The notes: generated by a model from the sequence alone, not told the origin. A DNA stretch of 64,000 bases from Dehalococcoidia bacterium (GCA_965248455.1 OZ252105.1:2603193-2667192), one strand, 5' to 3'; shown: positions 30,303 through 39,094, counted from the stretch's first letter. Numbers and translations: made by a program.

Positions 30303-30806
30303 TTAGAGGGCGGTGATGAGGCCGCGCTCCTTGAGGCTGACCGCCTTGTCCCCGCCGATGACCAGGTGGTCCAGTAGCTCGATTCCCAGGAGCTTGCCCG
30401 CCTCGATCAGCTTCTTGGTCAGGGCCACGTCAGCCGGGCTCGGTTCGGGGTCGTTCGAGGGATGGTTGTGGATCACGATGATCTTGGGCACCGCCTCCAT
30501 GACAGCGGGCCGGAACACCTCTGCCGGTCTGACGGCGATGGAGCTCACGTCCCCCTGGTAGATCACCCGCTGGCCCACGATCCGGGTCTTTGTGTCCAGC
30601 AGGAGGACCCGGAACTGCTCCTGGGCGAGGTGGGCCATCTCCGGGGCTAGCAGCAGCCGCACCGCCTCGGGCGAATAGACCGCCGGAGGGTCGGCGGGGC
30701 GCGGTGGATGGGTCTCCACCCCGTAGCGCACGGCCAGCTCCCCCAGGATGCTGACGTTGCGCCGGAGGGTCTCTAGCAGTGTGTCGTTGTGCTGTGCATT
30801 GGTCAT
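30303..30806 (-). CDS. radC: RadC-like JAB-domain protein
   Basis: QEQFRVLLLD, RPAEVFRPA, HNHPSNDPEPSPAD, LLDHLVIG. Confidence 0.9.
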   Translation of the reverse strand: MTNAQHNDTLLETLRRNVSILGELAVRYGVETHPPRPADPPAVYSPEAVRLLLAPEMAHLAQEQFRVLLLDTKTRIVGQRVIYQGDVSSIAVRPAEVFRPAVMEAVPKIIVIHNHPSNDPEPSPADVALTKKLIEAGKLLGIELLDHLVIGGDKAVSLKERGLITAL

Positions 30807-30914
30807 AGGAACCTCTCCTAGATGTGGATGGTCTGAAACGAGAAGCGGGGCCGCCCCGAAAATGGGAGCGGCCCCGTGCTGCGCCTGCTGGCAGGCGGCC
30901 GTATCACGATTGGG

Positions 30915-31310
30915 CTAGAAGGGTGACTTGGCCTTCACCGGCTCCTCGGCGCTGGCAACTGCGGACTCTTCCTCGGAGCTACCCCCGTTGCGGGAGTCGA
31001 GGAATACCACCTCGGAGGCGTGAATCTCGGTGCGGTGCCTGCGCTGTCCGTCCTCGGTCTCGTAGCTGTTCTGGACCAGCTTGCCGGAAACGTACAGCCG
31101 GTCCCCTTTGGCGACATACTGGTTCACCGCTTCGGCCAGGCCGGACCAGCAGGTGATACTGTGCCAGTCCGTGCTCGTCTCTCCGTTCTGGCGGTGTCGG
31201 TCGGTGGCCAGCCGTAGCTGGGTGATGGCGGTGCCGCTCTGGGTGTATTTCATTTCGGGGTCTGCTCCGACCCTTCCCAGTAGCTCTACCTTGTTGATTG
31301 TGCGTGCCAT
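30915..31310 (-). CDS. ssb: Single-stranded DNA-binding protein
   Basis: INKVELLGRVGADPE, TDWH, KGDRLYVSGKL, acidic tail ending PF. Confidence 0.93.
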   Translation of the reverse strand: MARTINKVELLGRVGADPEMKYTQSGTAITQLRLATDRHRQNGETSTDWHSITCWSGLAEAVNQYVAKGDRLYVSGKLVQNSYETEDGQRRHRTEIHASEVVFLDSRNGGSSEEESAVASAEEPVKAKSPF

Positions 31311-31435
31311 GTCGTTTCTCCTTTGTGTGTGTAGTAGTGCGGCGTTGCCGCACTCGAATGGAAATGCAGCGCCGCTCCCTTCGGAGGGGAACGGCCTTGT
31401 CCATGCGCTCCGGCTACGGAGCGTCTAGCTGCTCT

Positions 31436-31777
31436 CTACGTCCTCGGGCTCGGCTCCGCTTCAGCGAACAGCCTGTCGGGGTCCAGGGGCGCTACCGCGC
31501 TTCTCAGCCAACTCAGCCCGTCCCTTCTGACGCTGCCGTGCATCTCAGGGTCGTCGAGGGCCTGGACGTAGTGCAGCGCGGCGTTCACCACGTTGGCGTG
31601 GGCTCCGTTGTTGCAGAACACCCTCTGGGAGGCGCCCGCCATCATCTCCATGCTCGTGAGGCGCTCTACGCGGTTGGCGAGCCGGGTCTGGACCGAGGCA
31701 AGCTCGTTGGCGAGCCTTGCGATCTCCCGTGTCGCGGGCGGCATCCGCCGCAGGGTCTTGGGCGCGTATCTACTCAT
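31436..31777 (-). CDS. Hypothetical protein (coiled-coil N-half)
   Basis: GGGAGG RBS; bracketed by a 26-bp repeat. Confidence 0.65.
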   Translation of the reverse strand: MSRYAPKTLRRMPPATREIARLANELASVQTRLANRVERLTSMEMMAGASQRVFCNNGAHANVVNAALHYVQALDDPEMHGSVRRDGLSWLRSAVAPLDPDRLFAEAEPSPRT

Positions 31778-31875
31778 CTTTTCCTCCCTTCTCCTGTAGT
31801 GACAGGAATGCTGGATTCGGCAGGGTCACTCCCCCCTGAGGAATGCCACCGTTCAGCGCTCCGAGTAGGGAGCGT

Positions 31876-32934
31876 CTAGCTCACCCGCACGTACTGGGAG
31901 ACGGCCTCCGTCACGATGTCGGCGCGGGTGTCCGGGTCCAGCAGAGCGTTCAGCTTGCGGTAGTCGACCGAGAAGCGCCGGGTCTTGACCAGGCTCACCG
32001 CCCGGCCCTCGACGCTTGCTTTGGTCATCCCCCGCTGCCGCATCCACGCCTTGAGGGTGTCCAGCGCCCGGCGTTTCGCCTGCTCCGGCTCCCTCAAGGC
32101 TTCCTGCGCTTCCAGGTATGCCCGCACCGCAGCCCGAACTTCCTCGATGCTCACCTCCGTTCCTTCGTTCTCAGACGCCTCGCCCGTGTCTCCTTCAACC
32201 TCGGCTGTGCCGGGCTTGCAGGTGTTCAGGAAGGGGCAGGTCCGGCACTGCCAGCTACCGGCCCGGAAGTCCCGCTCCGGCAACTCGTCGGGGTTCTGCC
32301 CGTGGGCACCGTAGTGGTCGGCCAAATCACCGAGCCGGAAGCTGACGGCTTCCATCGCGTCCTCCACCCGCTCGGCGGGAATCGTTTCGGTGTCCCACTG
32401 GCGGCTGCCGGTGTCCATCGTGGCTATCACCACGTCGCGGGCTTCGCCGTACTTCCCGTAGGTGTAAAGGGAAGCCTGGGCCACCGACTCCGGGTGACTC
32501 CGCTCGGCCCCCAATGTCTGCCACCGCTTGTAGGCGTCCGGCCCCCTGGTCTTGACTTCGACGATCACCTCCGGCCCTCCGAAGAAGGGGAGGACGGCGG
32601 TGGCGTCGGGGTGTCCGGTGACGCGCAGGTTGGGGGCGATGAGGACCGTCACCTCCCTGGGGCTGTTGGGGTCCACCGGGATCACGTCCCAGCTCGCCCG
32701 CTCCATCGCCCGGAGCACCACCTGCTCCAGGGCCTGCCCCACCTCCATGACGGTCAGGGACTCGTCGGTCGGTGGGTTTGTGGGCTGCTGTTCAGTGGCG
32801 GCGTACCACAGGGCGCGGCGGCAGCTGCTGGCGGCGGATGCCCGCACCACCAGCGCCCCGTCTCCGTCGAAGTAGGCCGACGGTCGCGAGTAAACGTCCG
32901 CCCGGTCTCCGGTGGGGTCTTCGTTCTGGTTCAT
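31876..32934 (-). CDS. PD-(D/E)XK nuclease (Cas4/RecB-like exonuclease)
   Basis: RASAASSCRRALWY, GHPD, IVEVKT, QASLY, CRTCPFLNTC. Confidence 0.8.
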   Translation of the reverse strand: MNQNEDPTGDRADVYSRPSAYFDGDGALVVRASAASSCRRALWYAATEQQPTNPPTDESLTVMEVGQALEQVVLRAMERASWDVIPVDPNSPREVTVLIAPNLRVTGHPDATAVLPFFGGPEVIVEVKTRGPDAYKRWQTLGAERSHPESVAQASLYTYGKYGEARDVVIATMDTGSRQWDTETIPAERVEDAMEAVSFRLGDLADHYGAHGQNPDELPERDFRAGSWQCRTCPFLNTCKPGTAEVEGDTGEASENEGTEVSIEEVRAAVRAYLEAQEALREPEQAKRRALDTLKAWMRQRGMTKASVEGRAVSLVKTRRFSVDYRKLNALLDPDTRADIVTEAVSQYVRVS

Positions 32935-33437
32935 GGTCTGTCCTCCTTCGTTCCTATAGATGAGAAGCGGGACCGCCTCCGTGGAGACAGCCCCGCTAGT
33001 TGAGCAACCATCGGTTGTGTGCGCCGCTCATGCGGCGCTTTGGATTCGGATTCCTCTATCCCCTCTTTCGCCCTCTCTTCTCGCTCCTTCAGATGGAGCT
33101 TGAGGATCTGGGAGATGCCATCTGCGAGGCCCAGCACCCACACGCTCGACCCATCGCTCAACTGATTGGCGAAGGGCTGCATCTCAGCTATGCCCTGGCA
33201 CTGGTCCACGATCTCGGCGACGGGCGTGCCACGGCGCAGGTGAAGGGAGATGAGTCGGCAGGCCAGCTCTGTTACGCCAGAGGCGAAGGAGCCGGCCTTG
33301 CCTATCTGCCCAAAGACCTCGAAGGGCTCGCCCTCCTTGTCCAGGGACACCGTGACGTACAGGTTGCCATGCTCGGTATGGAGCTTGGTCGTGCTGCTAG
33401 GCAGCGTCCGGGGCCTGGGCCGTGTCGCCGGGGTCAT
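32931..33437 (-). CDS. Stand-alone TSCPD-like domain (class II ribonucleotide reductase C-terminal part)
   Basis: RPRPRTL..T.KLHTEHGNLYVTV..PFEVFGQIGKAG..RLISLHLRRG..IVDQCQGI..LADGIS. Confidence 0.75.
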   Translation of the reverse strand: MTPATRPRPRTLPSSTTKLHTEHGNLYVTVSLDKEGEPFEVFGQIGKAGSFASGVTELACRLISLHLRRGTPVAEIVDQCQGIAEMQPFANQLSDGSSVWVLGLADGISQILKLHLKEREERAKEGIEESESKAPHERRTQPMVAQLAGLSPRRRSRFSSIGTKEDRP

Positions 33438-33754
33438 GGCCCCTCCCCCTTCTCAAGGAGATAAGGAAGCGCTGGGGCGTAACGGTCGAAGAATTTGGCG
33501 ACCTTGAGGGCACACTCCCGGTCCCTCTCGTCGCCGATGCCCAGCAGCGTCTGGACAATGACCTCTTCGCAGTCCTCTTCGGCGTAGGCCGGGGTCAGCA
33601 GCGTCTCTTGGACGGCAGGGGGAAGGGAGTCCCACCGCTCCCGGCTCAGCTTCAGCCCGCCGTGGCTGGCCGTTTCGATCCGCACCACGCCCTCGGCCAG
33701 CGCTACGACGTCCTGGGGAGGTCCCCACGGGGTATACATAGTGTTCACTTTCAT
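33434..33754 (-). CDS. Small conserved mobile-element protein (DUF7007-like)
   Basis: TPWG..Q..AEGV..TASHGGLKLS...EEDCE motif (recalled family). Confidence 0.65.
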   Translation of the reverse strand: MKVNTMYTPWGPPQDVVALAEGVVRIETASHGGLKLSRERWDSLPPAVQETLLTPAYAEEDCEEVIVQTLLGIGDERDRECALKVAKFFDRYAPALPYLLEKGEGP

Positions 33755-33844
33755 GTCGTCTTCCTTTCTGTCCTGTAGATGAAAACGGGGCTGCCCCGGT
33801 GTGGAGACAGCCCCGTTACGTGGGCTCGCTATGGCGCGTTGGGC

Positions 33845-34033
33845 TCATGCCGCTTCCACCACCTCTGCTTCCCGCGTCTGCTGGAGCTTCCGGGTCGCCC
33901 CTTGCACCAGCGGCGTCAGCTCCGATGCCGATACCGCCTCAAGGTCCCTGCCCGTCTTGCCCTTGACCGCAGCCCGCACCTGCTTCTCGTCGAACCCCTG
34001 CATCGCCCCCAGGTCGATCAGCGTCGCCCGCAG
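33845..34033 (-). pseudogene. Orphan 3' end of a gene whose 5' part was deleted
   Basis: LRATLIDLGAMQGFDEKQVRAAVKGKTGRDLEAVSASELTPLVQGATRKLQQTREAEVVEAA* with no proper start; abuts the truncated integrase. Confidence 0.55.
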
Positions 34034-34053
34034 CGGCGGAGCAAAGGAGTCGG

Positions 34054-35541
34054 CTGCGCTACTGCGAGAGCAACGGACTCACTATCAACGCCCGCTACCA
34101 CGAGGTGGGCCGGGGCTGGTCGAAGAAGCGTCCGGAATTTCAGCGGATGCTGGCCGACGCCAGGAAGGGACGCTTCGATACCATCGTCTGCTGGAAGTCC
34201 GACCGCCTCAGCAGGGGGATGTACCCCGCCGCCGCCCTCATGGAGGTCGTCGAGGCCCACCAGATTCGGCTGGAAGCCGTCATGGACGTCATCGACGTGA
34301 AGACCTTCGGCCTCATGGCGGCCATCGGCAAGATCGAGTTGGACAACTTCCGGGAGCGGTCCACTATGGGCAAGCGGGGGACGGCCAAGCAGGGACGGGT
34401 GCCCACCGGCGGCCTCCCCTACGGATACCGCATCGGGGACGACGGCAGGCCCGGGGTGATTGAGGAGCAGGCCGAAGTTGTGCGCCGCATCTTCCACATG
34501 TACATCGACGAGGGGATGGGGTCCTACTCCATTGCCGTGCGGCTGACCGACGAGGGGACCCCCACCCAGACCGGCAAGCTGCTGTGGCTTCAGTCCCGCG
34601 TGCACCACATCCTGGGTAATGCCACTTACGCGGGTACCTGGGTCTATGGCAAGTACCGCCACGTCTCCACTGAAGACGGTATGAAGGTCTACGACCAGCC
34701 GAGGGAGACCTGGATTGAGATCCCGATGCCGCAAATCATCGACGACGAGACCTGGGAGCGGGCGCAAGCGCTGAAGAAGCAGCGGAGCAGGAGGGCCAAG
34801 AGGAACACGAATGTGCTCTACCTGTTGCAGCACCTTCTGAAATGCGGCGAGTGCGGCCACAACTTCCATGCAAGATGCACCCGGAGCACCACCAACGTTC
34901 GCAACGGCAAGAAGTACCGCTACGACCTTCCCACTCCCAACCGATACTACATGTGCAACGGAATGCAGAGTATGCGCCTGCGCTGCCGAGAGCGTCCCTA
35001 CATCCGGGCTGAGCGATTGGAGGAGTCGATATGGAGCGAGGTGAAGCGGATAATCCAGAACCCCGACCTGATCGTCGCCGGTATCGACACCCTCGATTCT
35101 CCAGAGGGCGGCGGATTGGAGGAGGAGGTCGCCCAAGCCGAGCGAGACCTGCGGAGCATCCAGATGGAAGAGGACCGCGCCATCAGGCTGTTCGTGTCGG
35201 GGAAGATCGCCGAGGCCCAGCTCGACATTCAGCGCAAATTCATCACCGAGCGACTTGAGAGCGCCAGGGCGAAGTTGGACGATTACCATGCTCAGGAGGT
35301 GGGCGGAGCTGAGAAGCGGCGGCTGATGGAGGCTGTCCTAGCCTGGGCGAGGAACGTCGGCCAGGGCATTGACGACCTGACCCCCGAGCAGCGCAAGGAG
35401 ATTCTCCAGATGGTTTTGGAGCAGGTCGTCATCGACAGGGACAACAACGTGGACATCACGCTGGCTATACCCATCGACGATGAGTCTCCTGACCCTGAGC
35501 CTGAGTCCGTGTCAATTGCGTCCAAAGAACCTTCGTTCTAA
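34054..35541 (+). pseudogene. Large serine recombinase, 5'-truncated (catalytic YxRxS missing)
   Basis: RYCESNGL..RPEFQRML..DRLSR; PYGY; recombinase domain; CGECG..YYMC Zn ribbon; coiled coil. The in-frame upstream sequence to the stop at 33964 has no YxRVS. Confidence 0.85.
35525..35538. other. Right attachment junction, overlapping the last codons of the integrase
   Basis: AAGAACCTTCGTTC; the integrase stop TAA follows immediately. Confidence 0.75.
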
Positions 35542-35606
35542 GGTTTAGGCTGGTGGTGTACAAAGCGGGCGTGCGCGCGCTGGCGCTGGTCAGGGAATAG
35601 CCCTTC

Positions 35607-36155
35607 TCAGACGGGGAGCTGGTCGGCGTCCGGGGCTGCAACGACGCCGAACGCGGTGTTAATCGCCGAGATGTATTGGTACTGGCCGACGGTGGCAGCG
35701 AGCTCGACGAGCCATCGGACGCCTTTGCGGCCCTCCAGCGCGTCGAAGAGGTCTTGCTCGACCTTGTTGTTCTGCAGGAGTTGCCGTACGAACTCGATGA
35801 TGTCGCGCTCGTCCTCTTCGAGGCCACTGGTGTCCTGCCTGTGCCTGACGGCTTCGATGGCCTCTTCCCGCATGTCGGCGGCGCGTCCGGCTCTCACGTG
35901 CGCGGCCCACTCGTAGGTCGCGTCCTTCTCCCTCGCGACGGCGATGATGGCCAGTTCGCGCTCGACCGAGCTAAGCGTCGAGCCCAGCCTGACCTGCGCG
36001 CCGGCCTCCATGACTTTCTGGGCGAGGCCGGGGCTGTGCATGAGGACGGCGAAAGGCCCGCGCACCCCGTGAAGCGTTTCGACGATTGCGTCGAACTCAG
36101 CGTGTCGGTCATCGGGAATCTGGGCCTTGTCGGTAATCATCTCGATGCGTGGCAT
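35607..36155 (-). CDS. Carboxymuconolactone decarboxylase/AhpD-like family protein
   Basis: GPFAVLMHSP, RELAII, YEWAAH. Confidence 0.82.
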   Translation of the reverse strand: MPRIEMITDKAQIPDDRHAEFDAIVETLHGVRGPFAVLMHSPGLAQKVMEAGAQVRLGSTLSSVERELAIIAVAREKDATYEWAAHVRAGRAADMREEAIEAVRHRQDTSGLEEDERDIIEFVRQLLQNNKVEQDLFDALEGRKGVRWLVELAATVGQYQYISAINTAFGVVAAPDADQLPV

Positions 36156-36388
36156 GACTTCTCCTAGCGGCATCAACGCCCAATCCGTTCGGGAGTGTTT
36201 CTCGGCTATTGTACTGTTTCCTACCCCACCGAACTGGACTCGAACTCAGGTGGCACGTTGTCAACTGCCCCTTCCCTCCTAGAGCGCCCGATCCACCGTC
36301 CATGAGTGCCGGCACGTTTTGTTGCTATTGCGTCCTGCGATGAGGATTGAGGAGGGGCGGGCTGGGGAAGGGGTCGCAGGCGCGCCCT

Positions 36389-37384
36389 CTACGAGAACCG
36401 CTCGCTGTACACGCTCCGGGCGTTGCCTTCGTAGATGGCGCCCTTGTCCTCGTCCGACAGGAACTCGATGCCGTCGATGAGGGGCTTGGTGTTGTCGTAC
36501 CACTCGCCGGTGCGCGGATTGTCGGCCGAGCCTGCGCCCGGACGCTCGGTGCCGAACAGGCAGCGATCCGTCCCCACTATCTTGAACAGCAGCTCCAGGG
36601 ACTCCGCGTTGTAGAGGCAGGTGTCGTAGTAGAGGTTCTTCACGTGGCGGTCGAACGTCTCCTCCCCGTTCGCGCCGCGGAGCCGGGCCCGCCAGCGCCC
36701 TATCTGGTAGGGGATCGAGCCGCCGCCGTGGCTCATGATAATTTTGAGCCCCGGGAAGTCGTCGAACACCGTGGACTTGGCAAGCGACAGGATGGCGATG
36801 CTCTCCTCCGTGATGAAGTGGTTGTGGAACGACTCGCGCAGGTCCTTGCAGCTTGCCGGATGAATCAGCGCCGGTATGTCCTCCTTCACCATCTTCTCGT
36901 AGAGCGGATACCAGTACTCCTCGCCCATCGTCGGCGTGGTGTGCTGCCCCTCGCTCGGATCCGGATTGATCATGATGCCGATGAACCCCAGGTCATTGAT
37001 GCAGCGGTCGATCTCCTCGAACGTGTCGGTCACGGGCGCCCCGTCGCACTGCGGCAGGCCCGCGACGCCCCTGAACCGGTCAGGCTCGTTCTGCACCGCC
37101 AGCGCAATCGCGTCGTTGTTCGCCTCGCAGAACCAGTGCACGATCTTGTCCGGTTTCTCCGAGTGCATCAGCGAGAACGGGCGCGGAGACAGGAAGGCCA
37201 TGTCCGTCCCCACGTCGTCCAACAGCTCGGAATGCCGCTTGCCCGCATTCCGCCAACTGGCCACGGTCTCCGCCGTAACGCCTGGGTGTCCCTTGCCGTG
37301 GAACCCGCGTCCATTGATGAGGAACGCCTGGTACTGACCGATCTGCGACCCCGTAACCAGATGCTGGTGCGCGTCGATAATCAT
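36389..37384 (-). CDS. Amidohydrolase-2, LigY-like meta-cleavage compound hydrolase
   Basis: MIIDAHQH, LSPRPF.LMHSEKP..VHWFCE, NPDP, WYPLYEK, HFITEE, SHGGG.IPYQ, CLFGTERPG.GS; resembles Sphingobium LigY as recalled. Confidence 0.8.
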   Translation of the reverse strand: MIIDAHQHLVTGSQIGQYQAFLINGRGFHGKGHPGVTAETVASWRNAGKRHSELLDDVGTDMAFLSPRPFSLMHSEKPDKIVHWFCEANNDAIALAVQNEPDRFRGVAGLPQCDGAPVTDTFEEIDRCINDLGFIGIMINPDPSEGQHTTPTMGEEYWYPLYEKMVKEDIPALIHPASCKDLRESFHNHFITEESIAILSLAKSTVFDDFPGLKIIMSHGGGSIPYQIGRWRARLRGANGEETFDRHVKNLYYDTCLYNAESLELLFKIVGTDRCLFGTERPGAGSADNPRTGEWYDNTKPLIDGIEFLSDEDKGAIYEGNARSVYSERFS

Positions 37385-37684
37385 CCCCGTCTCCTCTGCT
37401 GCATAGTGGCCGCATTATCCCCCAAACGCGCCCCGGCGCAACCTGCCCCCAAACGACCGCAACCCCGCCGGACGCAGATGGCCCACGAGAAGATGGCGTT
37501 GAATCGCTGCGCCCACGTCTTGGACAGCTCGCCTCCCACCGGGCCTGCCACGGTGGGGAAGTGGTGTTGCGCCGAGCGGACTTACAGATTGCGTCCGCGT
37601 GCGGGGATGACAACTGGGCTGAAGATGATTAGGATTCGTACCCTAGAAGATAGGTGAGGTTCGCATTCGCTAAGGAGGGCAGCC

Positions 37685-39085
37685 ATGGTGGCCATCATTC
37701 GTGCACGCGGAGACCGCTCTATCCGCGATTACATTGACCCTGAGCGCGGTACGGTAAGCCGGGAGCTCTACGTCAACCCGGACATCTTCGACCAGGAGAT
37801 GGAGCAGATATTCCAGCGGTGCTGGCTGTTCCTCGGCCATGAGAGCCAACTCCCCAATCCGGGCGACTTCGTGATCAGCCGCATGGGCACCGAAGAGGTG
37901 ATCCTCGTGCGGGACCGGAAAGACCTCCAGATCCGTGCCTTCCTCAACTCCTGCAGGCACCGTGGGATGAAGGTCGTCCGGTACGACCAGGGCAACGCCC
38001 TCATCTTCACCTGCCCCTACCACGCTTGGACCTACGACACCGCTGGGTGCCTCGTGGGCGCAGGCTTCCAGTACTCCCCGGAGGCGTACGCGGGAGAACT
38101 CCCGAAACACGAGTGGGGCCTCGCCCAGGTGGCGCAGTTCAAGAACTTCTACGGCTCCCTCTGGGCGACCTGGGATCCGAAAGCTCCCTCGTTCGAGGAG
38201 TACCTTGGCCCGTTCACTGAGAGCCTCCGCCACTGCCTCCAATCGAGCGACGGCGTAGATGGAGGGCTGGACATGTTCCCGCCGTTCCAGAGGCACCGCC
38301 TCCCCACGAATTGGAAGGTGCCCGGCTTCACCTCCGTCACCGACCTGACCCACACGGCGATGACCCACCGTTCCGCCGCCGCCGCAGGTCTGCACCAGGA
38401 CCGCGGGACGCTCGGCGGACGGAACCGGGAGCGGAAAGCGGCCCCATTCCCCATGAACAAGTACGCCATCGGCGACCACAACCTGGGCCACGGCGGCATG
38501 TGCACGCTCTACCACCAACCAGGAGTTCCCGAGTACGAACCCGAGTGGTATGAGGAGGGCGTCGACGACTACTTCCGCGAAACTCGCGACCGCAAGGCCA
38601 CGTTGTTAGCGGAAAAGATCATGGCGCCCCACGGCTGGGGCGGCGGCCACTTCGCCATCTTCCCCTGCGTCATGGTGGACAGCTGGCGGCTGCGCTGGTG
38701 GAACCCGCACGCCCCCGGCGTCGTGGAGCGGTGGACGTTGTCCGGAGTGGATAAGACTGCGCCGAAGCACGTCAGGGACGCCGTGCGCCACTACTCGGAG
38801 CGCTTCAACGGTCCGGTCGGCTTCTTCGAGTCGGACGACATGGAGAACTGGAACTACGTCTACCCGGCCAGCCAGGGCGCGAGGGCGAAGAAACTCGACT
38901 ACTTCTTCGCCAACGGACTCAAGCGCGGGGAATACAACGACCGGATGCCGGGTGTCGTCTTCAACGGTTCCTACACGGAAGAGGCCCAGCGCGCCCGCTT
39001 CAGTCGGTGGCTTGCCTTCATGGAAGCCGCCAGCTGGGACGATCTCTACCCTGTCAACAAGCAGGCAGACCACCGCATCTGGTAG
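37685..39085 (+). CDS. Ring-hydroxylating Rieske oxygenase alpha subunit
   Basis: NSCRHRG...CPYHAW; D..H....H iron ligands; ESDDMENW. Confidence 0.92.
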   Translation: MVAIIRARGDRSIRDYIDPERGTVSRELYVNPDIFDQEMEQIFQRCWLFLGHESQLPNPGDFVISRMGTEEVILVRDRKDLQIRAFLNSCRHRGMKVVRYDQGNALIFTCPYHAWTYDTAGCLVGAGFQYSPEAYAGELPKHEWGLAQVAQFKNFYGSLWATWDPKAPSFEEYLGPFTESLRHCLQSSDGVDGGLDMFPPFQRHRLPTNWKVPGFTSVTDLTHTAMTHRSAAAAGLHQDRGTLGGRNRERKAAPFPMNKYAIGDHNLGHGGMCTLYHQPGVPEYEPEWYEEGVDDYFRETRDRKATLLAEKIMAPHGWGGGHFAIFPCVMVDSWRLRWWNPHAPGVVERWTLSGVDKTAPKHVRDAVRHYSERFNGPVGFFESDDMENWNYVYPASQGARAKKLDYFFANGLKRGEYNDRMPGVVFNGSYTEEAQRARFSRWLAFMEAASWDDLYPVNKQADHRIW

Positions 39086-39094
39086 AGGAGAACC

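Larger units (their letters stand above)
12661..35533. mobile_element. Defective ~22.9 kb integrative (ICE/IME-like) element of large-serine-recombinase type
   Basis: Direct-repeat core at both ends, a reconstructable symmetric attP, an LSR at the right end, and ICE-type DNA-processing genes. Confidence 0.8.

Noticed and set aside
31876-32934. Cas4-like nuclease as evidence of a CRISPR system
   Set aside because: No repeat-spacer array or other cas genes in the window; the context is a mobile-element operon.
25404-35541. Prophage
   Set aside because: No capsid, terminase, tail or lysis genes; the gene set fits an ICE/IME remnant.
36200-36290. tRNA on the minus strand (GTTCGAGTCC motif)
   Set aside because: No cloverleaf or acceptor stem can be built.
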